A stretch of DNA of 64,000 bases from assembly GCA_965237955.1 (NCBI GenBank), contig OZ250169.1:5408001-5472000 (forward strand). Direction: 5' to 3'. Both the position numbers and the translations under genes were made by a program. The stretch is from Candidatus Marinacidobacterales bacterium. Its GTDB lineage: Bacteria > Acidobacteriota > Vicinamibacteria > Marinacidobacterales > SMYC01. Below the pieces are notes generated by a model. It was given only the letters and a program-made list of their open reading frames with translations. It was not told the origin of the DNA and ran no database searches. Of this stretch, positions 41,003 through 52,737 are shown in pieces (the stretch's first letter is position 1; every line of letters starts with the position of its first letter).

Positions 41003-43945
41003 TGCGTATTCCAGCCATCGTGAACGCCGAATCCAGAGCAAGCTGAACAGCGAATCCGGTGAAGCCGAACGCTCATCGAAGCGATGAAGTGTTGGGTGAC
41101 CTCCTTCCCACTGATTGAAAACGTGAACCTATCTTACCTGCGTGTTGTGTAGCAAGGGGCGGCAGGTCGGTGCCGGAGGGAGCGGGCGTAAGGAAAGACG
41201 CGAAGCGACCTTCCCGCTCCCGTAGGCAGCGACCTGCCGCGGCCGAACCCCGGGCGATGTGGGGCTGGTTTCGGGGGGTTGCTGGGGTATGGCCTGGCTC
41301 GAGAAGACGCTTCCTGAGGCATTCTCGCGCGTCGTTTTGGCGCCGCATCGTCTGGTACCCCGGGTTTGGCGGTTTCACCCGTTTTTATCGCATCGACGCT
41401 GTGGTCCCTCGCTCGCTCATGCATCGGCGTTGTCAAATGCCTTTGGCGCAGCCTTGGTCTTTCTCAGAGAAGCTCCTTTGAGAGTGATGCGGTGCGCGCT
41501 GTGGAGAATGCGATCGCAGATAGCGTCTGCCTGGTTTGGGTCGCCAATCGCTTCGTGCCACTGCTTGAGCGGAATCTGGGTCGCGATGAGTGTGGAGCCA
41601 CGCTCGGCGCGGTCTTCGATGACCTCCATTAGATCCCGTCTCTCCGATTCTTTCAGCGGGTGAAGCAGCCAATCATCGATAGCCAGTAAGTCCAGCTTGG
41701 CGAGTTTCGTCAAAAGCCGGGCGTAGGAACCATCACCACGAGCGACCGCGAGCTCGTGGAGCAAGCGCGGTGCTCGCACGTAGCATCCGGTGAAGCCGCG
41801 ACGACAGGCCCGCTCCACGAAGGCGCAAGCCAAGAACGATTTGCCAATCCCCGTCGGGCCGGTGATGAGCAGGTTATGGCGCTCACCGACAAAGCGGCAG
41901 TTGCCCAGGCTCAAGATCTGTTCGCGGTTTAAGCCTCGAGGCGCTTGGAAGTTCACGTTCTCCAAACATGCCGGATAGCGGAGCTTTGCCGCTCGCAGTC
42001 GTCGAGAAAGCTTACGCTGTTCGCGGGCGGTCCACTCGGCATCGACCAGGAGTCCCACACGTTCCTCGAAGCTCAGCTCCTTGTATTCGCTCGAGCTCAA
42101 CTGGGTTTCGAACGCGGACACCAAGCCGAACAACTTCATGGCGTTTATCTTTTCTATCGTTTCGGGTGTCAGCATCGGGACTCTCCTCCTTCGTAGTGAT
42201 CCGCGCCTCGGATGTTCTCGTGCTCCTCTCGCGGTTTCGCTTCGGCGTCCGATTCGAGCACCACACGATCCAGACCAGCCGAGAGAATGTTTTTCACCGT
42301 GCGATAGCTGTAAGAGCTCAAAGCTTCCGCTCGTGCGCAAGCGGCCTCGAGACGCTCACTGCCCCAGCGGCTGCCTAGTCGCATGACTCCCAGGCAAGAG
42401 CGAAATCCCTGCTCCGGGTGAGGCCGACTCTCTAGAATCCCCGCAACCAGCCTTCCCGTGGCGCGACCTGACTGCTCCGCCCAGTGGAGCAGCCGCGACG
42501 GCGTCCACTCCAGGTGCTCCCGATGCGAACGTGGCATATGCTCCGGGTTCGTGGAGTAGTGCCCCTTTCCTTTCTTGCGGGGATGCGACGCGACGCGCTT
42601 TCCCTTGAACAGGACCTCCACCACCGAGGCCGTCACCCGTGCCTCGACTTTCTCGTGAATGAGCTGATAGGGAACGCTGTACAAGTTGTTCTCCACCTCC
42701 ACGTGGTAGTCGATGTTCACTCTGCACCGCTTCCACGTCGATAACTCGTAGCTCTCCTGCGGTAGCGGTTTCAGTACGGGCCGGTCTAGCCTTTCGTACA
42801 ACTCCCGCCGACTCACACCGAGCTTCTGCATCGGACGCGCATTCAGGACCTCTAACTTCTCCCAGATGGCTTCGTTCAGTTCCGCCAGGCTGAAGAACGT
42901 GCGATGACGAAGCACCGCCAGGATCCAGCGCTGCGCCACCTGCACTGCCGACTCCACCTTCGCTTTGTCTTTCGGCTTGAACACCCGAGCCGGGACCACA
43001 ACCGCACCGTAATGCGTCGCCAGCTCTTCGTACGTCCGGTTGATCCCTGGCTCGTAACGGTCCACCAAATCCACGCCGCTCTTCAAGTTGTCCGGAACCC
43101 AGATCTCCGTACTGCCACCGAAGTAATCCGACATCCCCTTATGGGCCTTCGCCCACGATTCCAGCGACTGGTTCAGTGTCGCTTCGACGTAGGTGTAACT
43201 GCTCGCGCCCAACGTCCCGACGAACAGCTCCATTTCGACGAGCTCTCCCGTTTTCGGATCGACGATGTGAGGCTTCTTCCCCGAAAAATCGACGAATGTC
43301 TTCTCGCCTGCTCGATGCCGTTGACGCATCGTCGGGTTCAGCTTCTTCTTCCACTGACCGTACAGCTCGCAATAACGGCTGTAGCCGTACGCTCCCGGCT
43401 TATTCTCCGCGTACTCCACCCACAGCTGCAGCAACGTCAGCTCTCGGTGACGCCTCAGCTCCTCGTGGATGTGGGCATAGTCCAGACCCGGCCGTGCGCC
43501 AGACGAGCCCGGCGGCGGAAACAGCCCTGCCTCCAGCTCCCCGCCGCTCAGCTCCTCCGGGAGCGGCCAGCTCAGACCACCCTTCTTCGCCTTGGCCAGG
43601 TACTCACTCACCGTTCCAACCGCCACGCGAAGTGCCTTTGCGATCATGCGGTGAGTAAAACCCAGCTCGTACTTTAACCTTAGAACCTCTCGTATTTTTC
43701 TCATCGATAACCTCTTAGCTGCCATTTCCTAGATCGTCCTCCTTCCGGGTACGACCTAGAGTTGCCTTGAAACGTGCTATCGATGAGCGTTCGCGATGCC
43801 GGAACCGGCGTTCACGTTGCCTGGAATCCGTGTTCACCTTCCCCGGAATCGATGTTCACGATCCCCGGAATCCGTGTTCACGATGCTTTGGAATGGATGT
43901 TCACCTTCGGCTGGAATCTGCGTTCACGATGCCCCGGAATACGCA
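41003..43945 (-). mobile_element. IS21-family element C (istA 42169..43725, istB 41417..42175)
   Basis: Ends TGCGTATTCCAG and rc TGCGTATTCCGG; VDFSG, PDNLKSG, KDKAKVE; GPTGIGKS, IDDW; flanks show no TSD. Confidence 0.93.
43781..43945. repeat. Seven tandem 22-23-bp subterminal repeats (GTTCAC..N..GGAAT) at the IS21 end
   Basis: Units read directly; 3-4 inverted counterparts at 41003-41080. Confidence 0.85.
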
Positions 43946-43969
43946 ATCTAAGACTACCCCCGGGTGCTT

Positions 43970-45398
43970 GAGGATATCCTGAATCTAGTTGAAATCGGTG
44001 AGTGACTCCCTTCAAGATCGTCGGTGTCAAAGCTGACGATCAAAAAGAAAGGAGCCACCCGGTGAGAGCAGATACGAAGAAGAGAAAGAATGCAACACAG
44101 ATGCTGAGGGCGACGCAGGAGCAAGAGTGGTGGGCGGATCAAGTTGTGCATGTGATGCTGGAGGGCAAGCGAGCGCTGGACGCCGCGATGCTCGATGTCG
44201 GACGCCTGGTAGCTGAGACGCTCATGTACATGGAGCGCGAAGAGAGATCTGGGCCAGACTACCATCCTACGTCGTCCGGGCTTCGCAAATGGGCGAGTCA
44301 ACGTGGGTCGATCTATGTCGGTGACCAGAAGCTCCCTGTCGAGCACCCTCGATTGCGGGGCCCGGAGGGTGAGGTCGGGCTGAGAACCTACGAGCAGCTC
44401 AAGAATCGCGGGGGCTTTTCGGAGGAACTCCTGTCGGAGGTGCTTCGGGGAATGTCTGCTCGCAAGTACGAAGAGACGGTGACGGCGGCAGGCAAGGCTT
44501 TCGGTGTGACGCCGAGCTCGGTGTCCCGCCATCTGGTCGAGGCGACGGCGAAGCAGCTGAAGCAGTTCCAGGAGCGCAGTCTCGAAGAGTTTCCGCTCTT
44601 CGCGATGTACCTAGACACGGTCCACCGCGGCGGTCAGGCGTTCGTGGTCGCGCTCGGCGTGGACCGTGAAGGGAAAAAGCTCCCCCTGGGCTTCTGGGAA
44701 GGGGCGACGGAGAACCACGAGATCTGCGAGGAATTGCTGGAAGAGTTGGAGCGACGGGGGTTAAAGCTCTCCAAACGGATCCTCTGGGTAACCGATGGTG
44801 GCGGGGGGATCATCAAGGCGCTCAAAGACCGATACGGCAAGAAGCTCATCCACCAGCGGTGTACTTTGCACAAAGACCGCAACATCCAGCGCCACCTGCC
44901 CAAACGCTACCGCAAGCAGGCACACCACCTCTTCGCGACTGCCTTGGAGCAGAACAGCTACAAGGACGCGAAGAAGATGTTGCAGGAGTTCGAGCGCTGG
45001 CTTCGCGACATCAACGAGTCGGCGGCAGACTCACTCCTCGAGGCACTCGAGGAGGTGCTGATGCTCCACAAGTTGAAGGTCCCCGCTCTACTGCGCCAGA
45101 GCCTGCACTCGACGAATCCTATAGAGAGTATGTTCTCCATGGTTCGTAGTTGCGAGCGCAACATCAAACGCTACCGTAACAGCAAAATGCGCCAGCGATG
45201 GCTCGCCGCTGTGCTGCTGCACTGCGAACAACAGTTCAGACGAGTCAAGGGGCACGCATCCATCGACGTAGTGGTTGCGGCCATCGATGCGATCCAACGA
45301 GAGGACGAGATGCCTGAGGCCGCGTAAGGTCAGGGGCGTAGAGCTGGAAATGACCACGAGTCGCTTATGATGGTTTCAACTAATTCCTTGACATCCTC
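43970..45398 (+). mobile_element. IS256-family type D, intact (transposase ends at 45327)
   Basis: Ends GAGGATATCCTGAAT / rc GAGGATGTCAAGGAAT; TSD GGGTGCTT at 43962-69 and 45399-406; GATEN, TDGGGG, QRCTLHK, STNPIES. Confidence 0.95.
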
Positions 45399-45963
45399 GG
45401 GTGCTTTGATAGAGAAATTGATTGAATAAATACTATTAATAGGTATTATGAATATATGACGCTTTCCAAAATACACTTCATATTAGCCGTGGCCCAACAC
45501 AAGTCCTTTAGTAAAGCCGCTCGGACATCTAATGTCACATAGCCAACCCTCTCTAATGGGATATCTAAGGTTGAAGAAGAGCTTCAGCAAGCTATTTTTT
45601 TAAGATCGACCCGAAGTGTGACATTGACTCAATTTTGGGAAAGTATTTTGCCTTCCGTTCGTTCCATGATCGAGATAGAGAAGTCCATACACAGCAAAGC
45701 TAAGGAGTTTCTCAATCCCAAAAACGTAGTTTTACAGGTAGGAATTTCTCCATTGGTAAACACAAGATTTGTAATTCTTTTGGTTAGTGCATTCAAAGCC
45801 AATCATAAAGATCATGAGGTGATTTTGGTTGAGCAAGATTTAAAGGTACTTCAAGAAAAACTTGTTAGTGGAGAACTAGATCTTATAATTGCACCTAAAG
45901 TTAGTAAAACAGCCATAGGTAATGCACTTTCTATTTATAAAGAACAGCTTTATCTTATTGATC

Positions 45964-48800
45964 GGGGATGTCCCGCCGGATGTTGAATTTGGGGTAGCGG
46001 CGGCTCCTTGGCCGGCCTAAGAATAGGTCTGCCAATAAACGGTCTCCAGAGGGGGACAAGGAGCCACCAGTGCCTAGGAAATCAAAGAAGCCAGTAAGAA
46101 AGCAAACGCACTCGCCTACGGGCAAGGTAGTTGGCCAAGTCGGTCAGATACTGCTACCGATGATAGCTGGGATCGCGGCCACGAAGGCGGATCTGACGGA
46201 ATGGGTGTATGAGCAAGGACTGACAGCTCTGCACCTACTGCTCAGAGAGGACGCCGAGGGAGATCGCGGGGCTCAAGGGCAAGCACGAGAAGGAGCGAAC
46301 TCATAACCACTGGGGGAGCACGAACGGAGAGCTGAGCTTCGGTGGTCGTCGCATCCAAGTGTCGCGACCTCGAGTTCGCTCGAAGTCGGGCGAGGAGGCG
46401 TCGCTTCCACACTTCGAAGCCTTCCGCGAAGAAGACCCGCTTCCAGAGCGAGTGTTGAATCAGATCTTGGTGGGGGTATCGACCCGAAATTACGAATCGA
46501 GTCTGGACAAACCCGCGGCCAAGTTGAAGTCTCGTGGCACGAGTAAGAGTGCCGCCAGCCGTCACCTCGTGAGCCAGACGACTAAGAAGCTCGAGGAATA
46601 CCTGTCTCGGCGGCTAGAGGAGTTCGAGCTTGCGGCACTGATGCTGGATGGCCTTGAGGTGGCCGGACAGACCGTCGTCGTAACTCTCGGTATCACAATA
46701 GATGGAACGAAGGTGCCCCTGGGTATATGGCTGGGCTCGACGGAGAACTCTCGGGTGTGCACCGCGATGTTGCAGGACCTTCTCGAGCGAGGCTTGCGCG
46801 TCGATGCGTCGATTCTCTGCGTAGTGGACGGAGGCAAAGGCATCCGCAAGGCACTCGTCGACGTTTTTGGGGACCTCGCGGTCATCCAAAGGTGCCAGAT
46901 CCATAAACTCCGAAATCTTCGCTCGTACCTTCCCAGAGTCTCGTCACGCCTACGTGCTCCAGACGATGAAGGAAGCCTACAAGTGCAAGAGTGCCGACAA
47001 GGCGCGCAAGCGACTTCAGGCATTGGTGTCGTGGCTCGAGCGAAACGGCTACGACGAAGCTGCCGGAAGCCTTCGTGAAGGGATGGAAGAGACACTCACG
47101 GTCGTGAAGCTCGCGCTGCCCGCCTTACTTCGCCAGTCTCTTGCCACGACGAACGCCATTGAGAATCTCAACGGAACCATTCGCAGAGTATCGAGAAACG
47201 TCAAGCGTTGGAAGAGTCCTTCCATGGTTCGCCGATGGACCGCTCTTGGCGTCGTCACCGCGCAGAAAGAGTTCCGGCGTATCAAAGGCTATCGCCATAT
47301 GGGCGCTCTCGTTCACGCGCTTAGAAGCAAACAGAAATCTCTTGACAGCGATGAGTTTGCTGGATCCGTCCCGCTTCCCGTGGAAATAAGAATGGCGTAA
47401 CCTCCGGTTAAACAAAACGAAACCGCGCCTGGAAAGGCGAGGAGGAGGATTACGCCATGAAGAAGCCTACCACCATATCGAAGGAGTCTGTAAGCGAGTA
47501 CCGGGAGTTCGTCCAACTTCGGCTGCGTAAGCGGGTACTGGAGGCAATCGAGGTCGTGCTCGAGGAAGAAGTCAACCAAGCGCTGGGGTGTGGTAGCTAC
47601 GAGCGTGCGGAAGACCGCCGTGGATATCGCAACGGAGCCGAAACCCGTCGCGTGACGACGTCGGTGGGAACTCGCGAGCTCCGGGTGCCACGAGCCCGCG
47701 TGCGAGACGAGGAAACGGGAGAAACGACAGAGTTCAGGAGCGAGCTGTTGCCCCGGTACGCGCGCCGGACTCGTGAGGTCGACGAGGCGATCTTGGGGAC
47801 GTACTTCTCGGGCGCGAATAGCCGCCGGATCCGCAAAGCGCTGAAACCACTGCTCGGTGAGGAGCACCTATCGAAGAGCGCGGTGTCTCGCGTGGTTAGC
47901 CGGCTGAAGGAGCGCTTCGAGGAATGGCAGAACCGTGCTCTCAGCGAGGAGGTCTACGCGATCGTTTACCTGGACGGCTTCCACCTGAAAGTGCGGATGG
48001 CGAAGCGTGTGATCAGCGTACCCGTACTGGCCGCGCTCGGGGTCACGCCAGACGGGCAGAAACGTCTGTTGTCATTGCGTCTGGCGGTGAGCGAAGCCTC
48101 GACGCATTGGGGCTCCGTGCTGGAGGGACTCCAGGCTCGAGGACTCCGGGCTCCCAAGCTAGTGATCAGCGACGGCCACAAGGGGCTGACGAAAGCGCTG
48201 GAGAAGTGGCCGGGGTGCCGGTTGCAGCGATGTACCGAGCACAAGCGCGCCAACTTGCTCGAACATTGCCCGGCGCACGCACGCCGTGAGCTCCGGCGTG
48301 ACTACAACCGGATCGTCTACGCCAAGAACGGGATCGATGCTCGCAAAGCCTATGACGAGCTCGTCGCCAAGTGGACGCCTCTCGCGCCAGCCGTCGTCCG
48401 AAGCCTAGAGGAGGCCGGTAATCAGCTGCTGACCTTCTACGAATTCCCTCGTGCCATGTGGAAATCGATTCGAACGACCAATGCTCTGGAGAATCTCAAC
48501 CGCGAGTTTCGACGCCGGACGAAAACCCAAGCGTCGTTCTCCAGCGAGGAGTCCGCGGTCGCTTTGCTGTTTGGGCTTATCGCCTCTGGCCAGATTCAAC
48601 TACGACGCATCGACGGCTACCAACGTCTGAGCGAGGTTCTCGAACACACGGAGGTTGCCGCCTGATATGATACTCTGATGACGGAGTGGAGGGCGCCGTT
48701 CTTTTTCCACGGACCTCGGGACACATCCAGTTTGCTGCCTAAGAGTATTCACAGGTGCCGCCGCTACCCGACCAAATTCAACAGCGGCCGGGACATCCCC
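45964..48800 (+). mobile_element. IS256-family type E, frameshifted, with nested type A copy 3
   Basis: Ends GGGGATGTCCCG / CGGGACATCCCC; TSD TATTGATC at 45956-63 and 48801-08. Confidence 0.92.
47362..48728 (+). mobile_element. IS256-family type A, copy 3 (transposase 47457..48665)
   Basis: TSD AGTTTGCT at 47354-61 and 48729-36. Confidence 0.95.
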
Positions 48801-49445
48801 TATTGATCCGGCAGATCGGGATTCTTCGAAGGTTGAAATAGGAGATATCAGAGATAAAACTTTTGTGATGGTACCTGACTCATGCGGTCTCTCAGAAATC
48901 ACCAGATCTATTTTAAGAAGTACCAGTAGAGACTTCAAAGAATATGAGGGAAAAGCCATGACTTATCAAGTCCTCGTTGACTGGTCTGCAAATGGATTGG
49001 GTTGCGTCATTTTACCAGAAAGTAAAATTCCTAAAGGAATAAAAAAAACTTTGATCACCAAACGGTCAAAACCCATCGCTATAGTTTTTGAGGCAAAGTG
49101 GCAGTCTTCACAAAAGAAGATAAAATCCTTCGTTAAACACTTAAAGACAAACTCTGAGAAAATATACTCTGACCTGGTTTGAATTAAAAACGCTCCTAGT
49201 GTTTCATAGATACATGTCTAGGATTGGTAAAGTAAAAGGTTTCGTAAGGCCTATATCGGACAGGAGGTTGTTGTCACGGGAAGGATCGTGCAGACGTTCA
49301 ACTCCGGCAGTGCGTTGTTTTTCAACTTCGATCCGGACTTCAGGCGGACGCTGACGCTGGTGTTGCTGGATGACAATTTCGCTGCGTTCGGCGGGGCACA
49401 GGGGATCGAAGCGGAGTTGAGGGATGTGTCCCGAGGTCCGTGGAA

Positions 49446-49620
49446 GCTCGTCATCGATCACCCGTTGTGAGGCCAACACTTCGTTGAACTCTGCCAGATC
49501 CTCGTCCGTCCAGGTGACGTACCGCGCAAGCCTCGCACGTCGCTCGTGAACGCCGACAGCTCTCTTGAGAATCTCCACGACGGTCGCATTGACGCTCGTA
49601 CCGCGCTCCTCACTGAGTCG
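49446..49620 (-). pseudogene. Antitoxin-like (RHH/VapB-type) fragment next to a solo IS256-A end at 49422-49445
   Basis: ERGTSVNATVVEILKRAVG...TWTDEDLAEF...IDDEL. Confidence 0.55.
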
Positions 49621-49823
49621 CGTCTATGGGAGCGTATTCAGCACGAAATTCTTCCCTGGCTTTCGATCCTTCCCGTAGGTAGCTAAGCGTCGCAACCAGT
49701 TCTCGACAACCAGACCTTCGACGCGCGCTAGATGTTTGACGTTCGTGGTGGAAGCGAACGCGTCGAGCCCGCGCGGCGGGGAAAGACTCCTCGTGATATT
49801 TTCCTCGTTTGGGGAGGCCGGTT

Positions 49824-51165
49824 ATGACTCACCTCTTTCTCATTCTTTTCCTTGCCGCGGCGACGTTTGTTTCGGGCAGCCGGTGGAGCGCTATACCATG
49901 GCGCTCACGGGAGATTCGATCGTCACGCGCAAGCTCTCGGTCTACGAAGAGCCAGAGTTTCTGGAGATGATCGAGCTCATCCGGAGCGCCGACGTCGCTT
50001 TCACGAACGTCGAGATCCTCTTCCACGACTACGAGTCCTACCCCATGGCGGCGGGCGGTGGCACCTATATGAGAGCGCAACCGGAGATCGCGAAGGAGCT
50101 CGCCTGGGCGGGATTCGACCTGGGCTCTCTCGCCAACAACCACTCGGGGGATTACGGTCCACCGGCGATGCTCCTCACCGAGAAGCATGTCCGGGAGGCG
50201 GGCATGACCGGCGCCGGGATCGGGAAGAGTCTCGCGGAAGCGCGCGAAGCCAAGTTTCTCGAGACGACGAAAGCGCGCATCGCCTTCATCTCGGTCGCAT
50301 CGACGTTCCCCGACCACGCGATGGCAAGTGCCACCCGAGACGATATTCCCCCACGGCCCGGGCTCAACCCCTTGCGGCATCAGACGACCTACCGCGTGAG
50401 CCGTGCACGCCTCGAAGCCCTGCGCGCCACGATGGAAGAGCTCTCGATGAATCCTCCCGAGGAAGGCGACTCCTTGAGGTTCCTGCGGTCCCAATTCGTC
50501 GCAGGCGATCCCGCCGATGTGATCACCGAGCCACACGCGGGGGATCTGGCTGCGATCGCCGCCGTGGTTCGAAACGCCGCGCGCCAGGCGGACTACACCA
50601 TCGTCACGATCCATGCGCACGAAGGCGACAAGAGCCGCTTCGTCCCGGCGCAGTTTCTCGTGACGTTCGCGCGGGCGATGATCGACGAGGGCGCCGATGT
50701 CTTCGTGGGACACGGCCCTCACGTACTGCGCGCCGTCGAGATCTACAAAGGAAAGCCGATTCTCTACAGTCTCGGAGACTTCCTCTTCCAGAACGAGACG
50801 CTCCAGAGACTGCCTCACGAAAACTACGCCCGCTACGAGCTGGGAGAGGACAAAGGGCTTGCCGACTTCAACGACGCGCGGTACGAGAACGACACCGTGG
50901 GCTCTCCCGCGACGCCCGAGATATGGGAGTCCGTCGTCGCCAGGCCCGTGTTCGAAGGCGACGCGTCGTGGAGCTACGGCTTCACCCGATCTCTCTCGGT
51001 TTCGGGAAAGCACGAACCGTGCGCGGGAGGCCGATGTTCGCGGACGAGGCGCTGGGACGAAAGATCATCGACGACTTGAAACGACTCTCCGAGCCCTTCG
51101 GGACAGAAATCGACTACGTGGACGGCGTGGGCGTCGTGCGCCTCGCGATGCCCACGAGCAACTAG
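49824..51165 (+). pseudogene. CapA/PgsA-family metallophosphoesterase, two apparent frameshifts
   Basis: LTGDS, FTNVE, LANNHSGDYG, IHAHE, GHGPHVLR, YSLGDF; the signal peptide and C-terminus lie in other frames. Confidence 0.85.
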
Positions 51166-51357
51166 AAATGCTCGGGCTCGTTCTACTCGCGCTGAAATCA
51201 ATAGGAAAAATCAAGGTCCGTTGGCATGCCGGGGAGAGGCAGAACTCAATTTAAAGGGGGTTCGCATGAGTCGTTGGTCAAAGCTGAGCTGAATCCGACG
51301 CGTGGCTAGCGGAATTCACGCGGAGAGGAGCTGCTAGCTCTGATTGAGACACAGCAC

Positions 51358-52481
51358 GGCGTTGGTGCATGAATCAGTTCGGGACACGCACGGAACCTTT
51401 TGGCGGCCCAACTTACTCCCCGACGATCGCTTGGGATTCAGGCTTGCCCAGCTCAGCCATCCGGTTCAATACGTTGCACCCGATCATCGCCTCCCGCTTC
51501 TGCGATTCGTAGCCGCACGCGCGAAGGCTGTTTCCGAGCGTGCGCTTGTACTGAAGAAAAGATTCTCGACGGTGCCCTGTCCGCCCTGTCGACGATACCA
51601 TGACTCCCGCTGCCAGCCTTGGCGTCCGACTTTGCGAATCGTCTCGAGGGTCGCGTTCCGCTGCGCCCACGTGCCCTCGGCGCCGTCCGAAGGCACCGCC
51701 CCTCGTCGAGGTGGGATCACGATCTTGATGTTCGCGGTGCCGACCTCACCGAGCAGCTCATACACTGACCGCGTGTCGTAGGCCCCATCGGCTGTGAAAC
51801 GTCGGATCGGAGAGTCGACCTGTTCGAGCAGACACGGGACAGTGGACGGATCGTCCTCGCTGCTCTTCGTGCGTGTCGCCGCCACGATGAAGCCATCGTC
51901 ATCCACGCCGACATGCAGCTTCCACCATTGTCGACGCGCCTTCGAGCTCTTGCGCCTGTGGACATGCCACTCACCGGCACCCGAGAGTTTGAGTCCTTTC
52001 GAGTCGACAATCAGATGGAGCGCGCCATCATGCGCTCTGGTGGGACAAGGCACGTCGACGTCTTTGTTCCGCCGCGACAGCGTGGTGTGGTCCGGTGCTT
52101 TCAGGTCGAGCTCCATCAACCGCAACAACGAGTCGAGGAATCCCTCGGTCTGTCGGAGCGGAAGGTGAAAGACCATGCGCAACGTCTTAGCCGTCACGAT
52201 TGCCAGATTTCGAGTAGCGCGGCTGGCCACCGCGACGGCCGTTCCGCGGTGGCGTCCAGGCTTCGCGCGCCTCTTGGCTGAACCAGACCGTGATGTCGCC
52301 ACGGCTCTTGAGACCACGCTCATACTCCGGCCAGTTGGTCACGCGATACTTCGTCTTGTATTTGCGGTTCACTCTGGTGGACTTGCGCGCGGCCATGGGT
52401 TCATCTCCTCGATATTCGATGTATCGAGAAGCTGAGTCGAAGCGGTTGCCGGAGATCAAGAGCTATTCATGCACCAAAGCC
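51358..52481 (-). mobile_element. IS5-family (IS903-like) element, frameshifted
   Basis: TIR GGCGTTGGTGCATGAAT / rc GGCTTTGGTGCATGAAT; NWPEYERGLKSRGDIT, PLRQTEGF, PDHTTLSRR, ADGAYD. Confidence 0.9.
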
Positions 52482-52737
52482 CGCCTGCTCTGGCAGTTTA
52501 GCAACGCGACGTCTTTCGAATTCCGCCAATTGGCTTCGCCGTCGCAAAAATACCTCATTGGAGGATACGATGACGGGCTTCGGCGAGGGCGCGCCGGAAC
52601 GGGATGCGGGCAGCCTCGAGCTTGGCGCGAGCGCCGCCGTCTGAGTGCCGCGGGTGAGCGACTGCGACCGACTGGCTGGCCCTATTGAGACGACCATTGC
52701 CCAGACCGTCTCGCGTGTGGTAAGAGGAGAGACAGAA

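Larger units (their letters stand above)
45456..49182 (+). pseudogene. AT-rich LysR-family regulator, with in-frame TAG and split by nested IS256s
   Basis: SFSKAARTSNVT*PTLSNGISKVEEEL, FLRSTRSV; resumes after 48808 (VPDSCGLS..., GLGCVILP). Confidence 0.85.

Noticed and set aside
43781-43945. Possible CRISPR array
   Set aside because: Contiguous degenerate units with no unique spacers and no cas genes; they are IS21 subterminal repeats.
49829-51013. 394-aa minus-strand ORF, and similar antisense ORFs over transposases (e.g. 62674..63942)
   Set aside because: Shadow frames of CapA and IS genes.
46070-52400. Programmed frameshifting in IS256-E, CapA and IS5
   Set aside because: No slippery heptamers noted and several shifts per gene; decay or sequencing indels are more likely.
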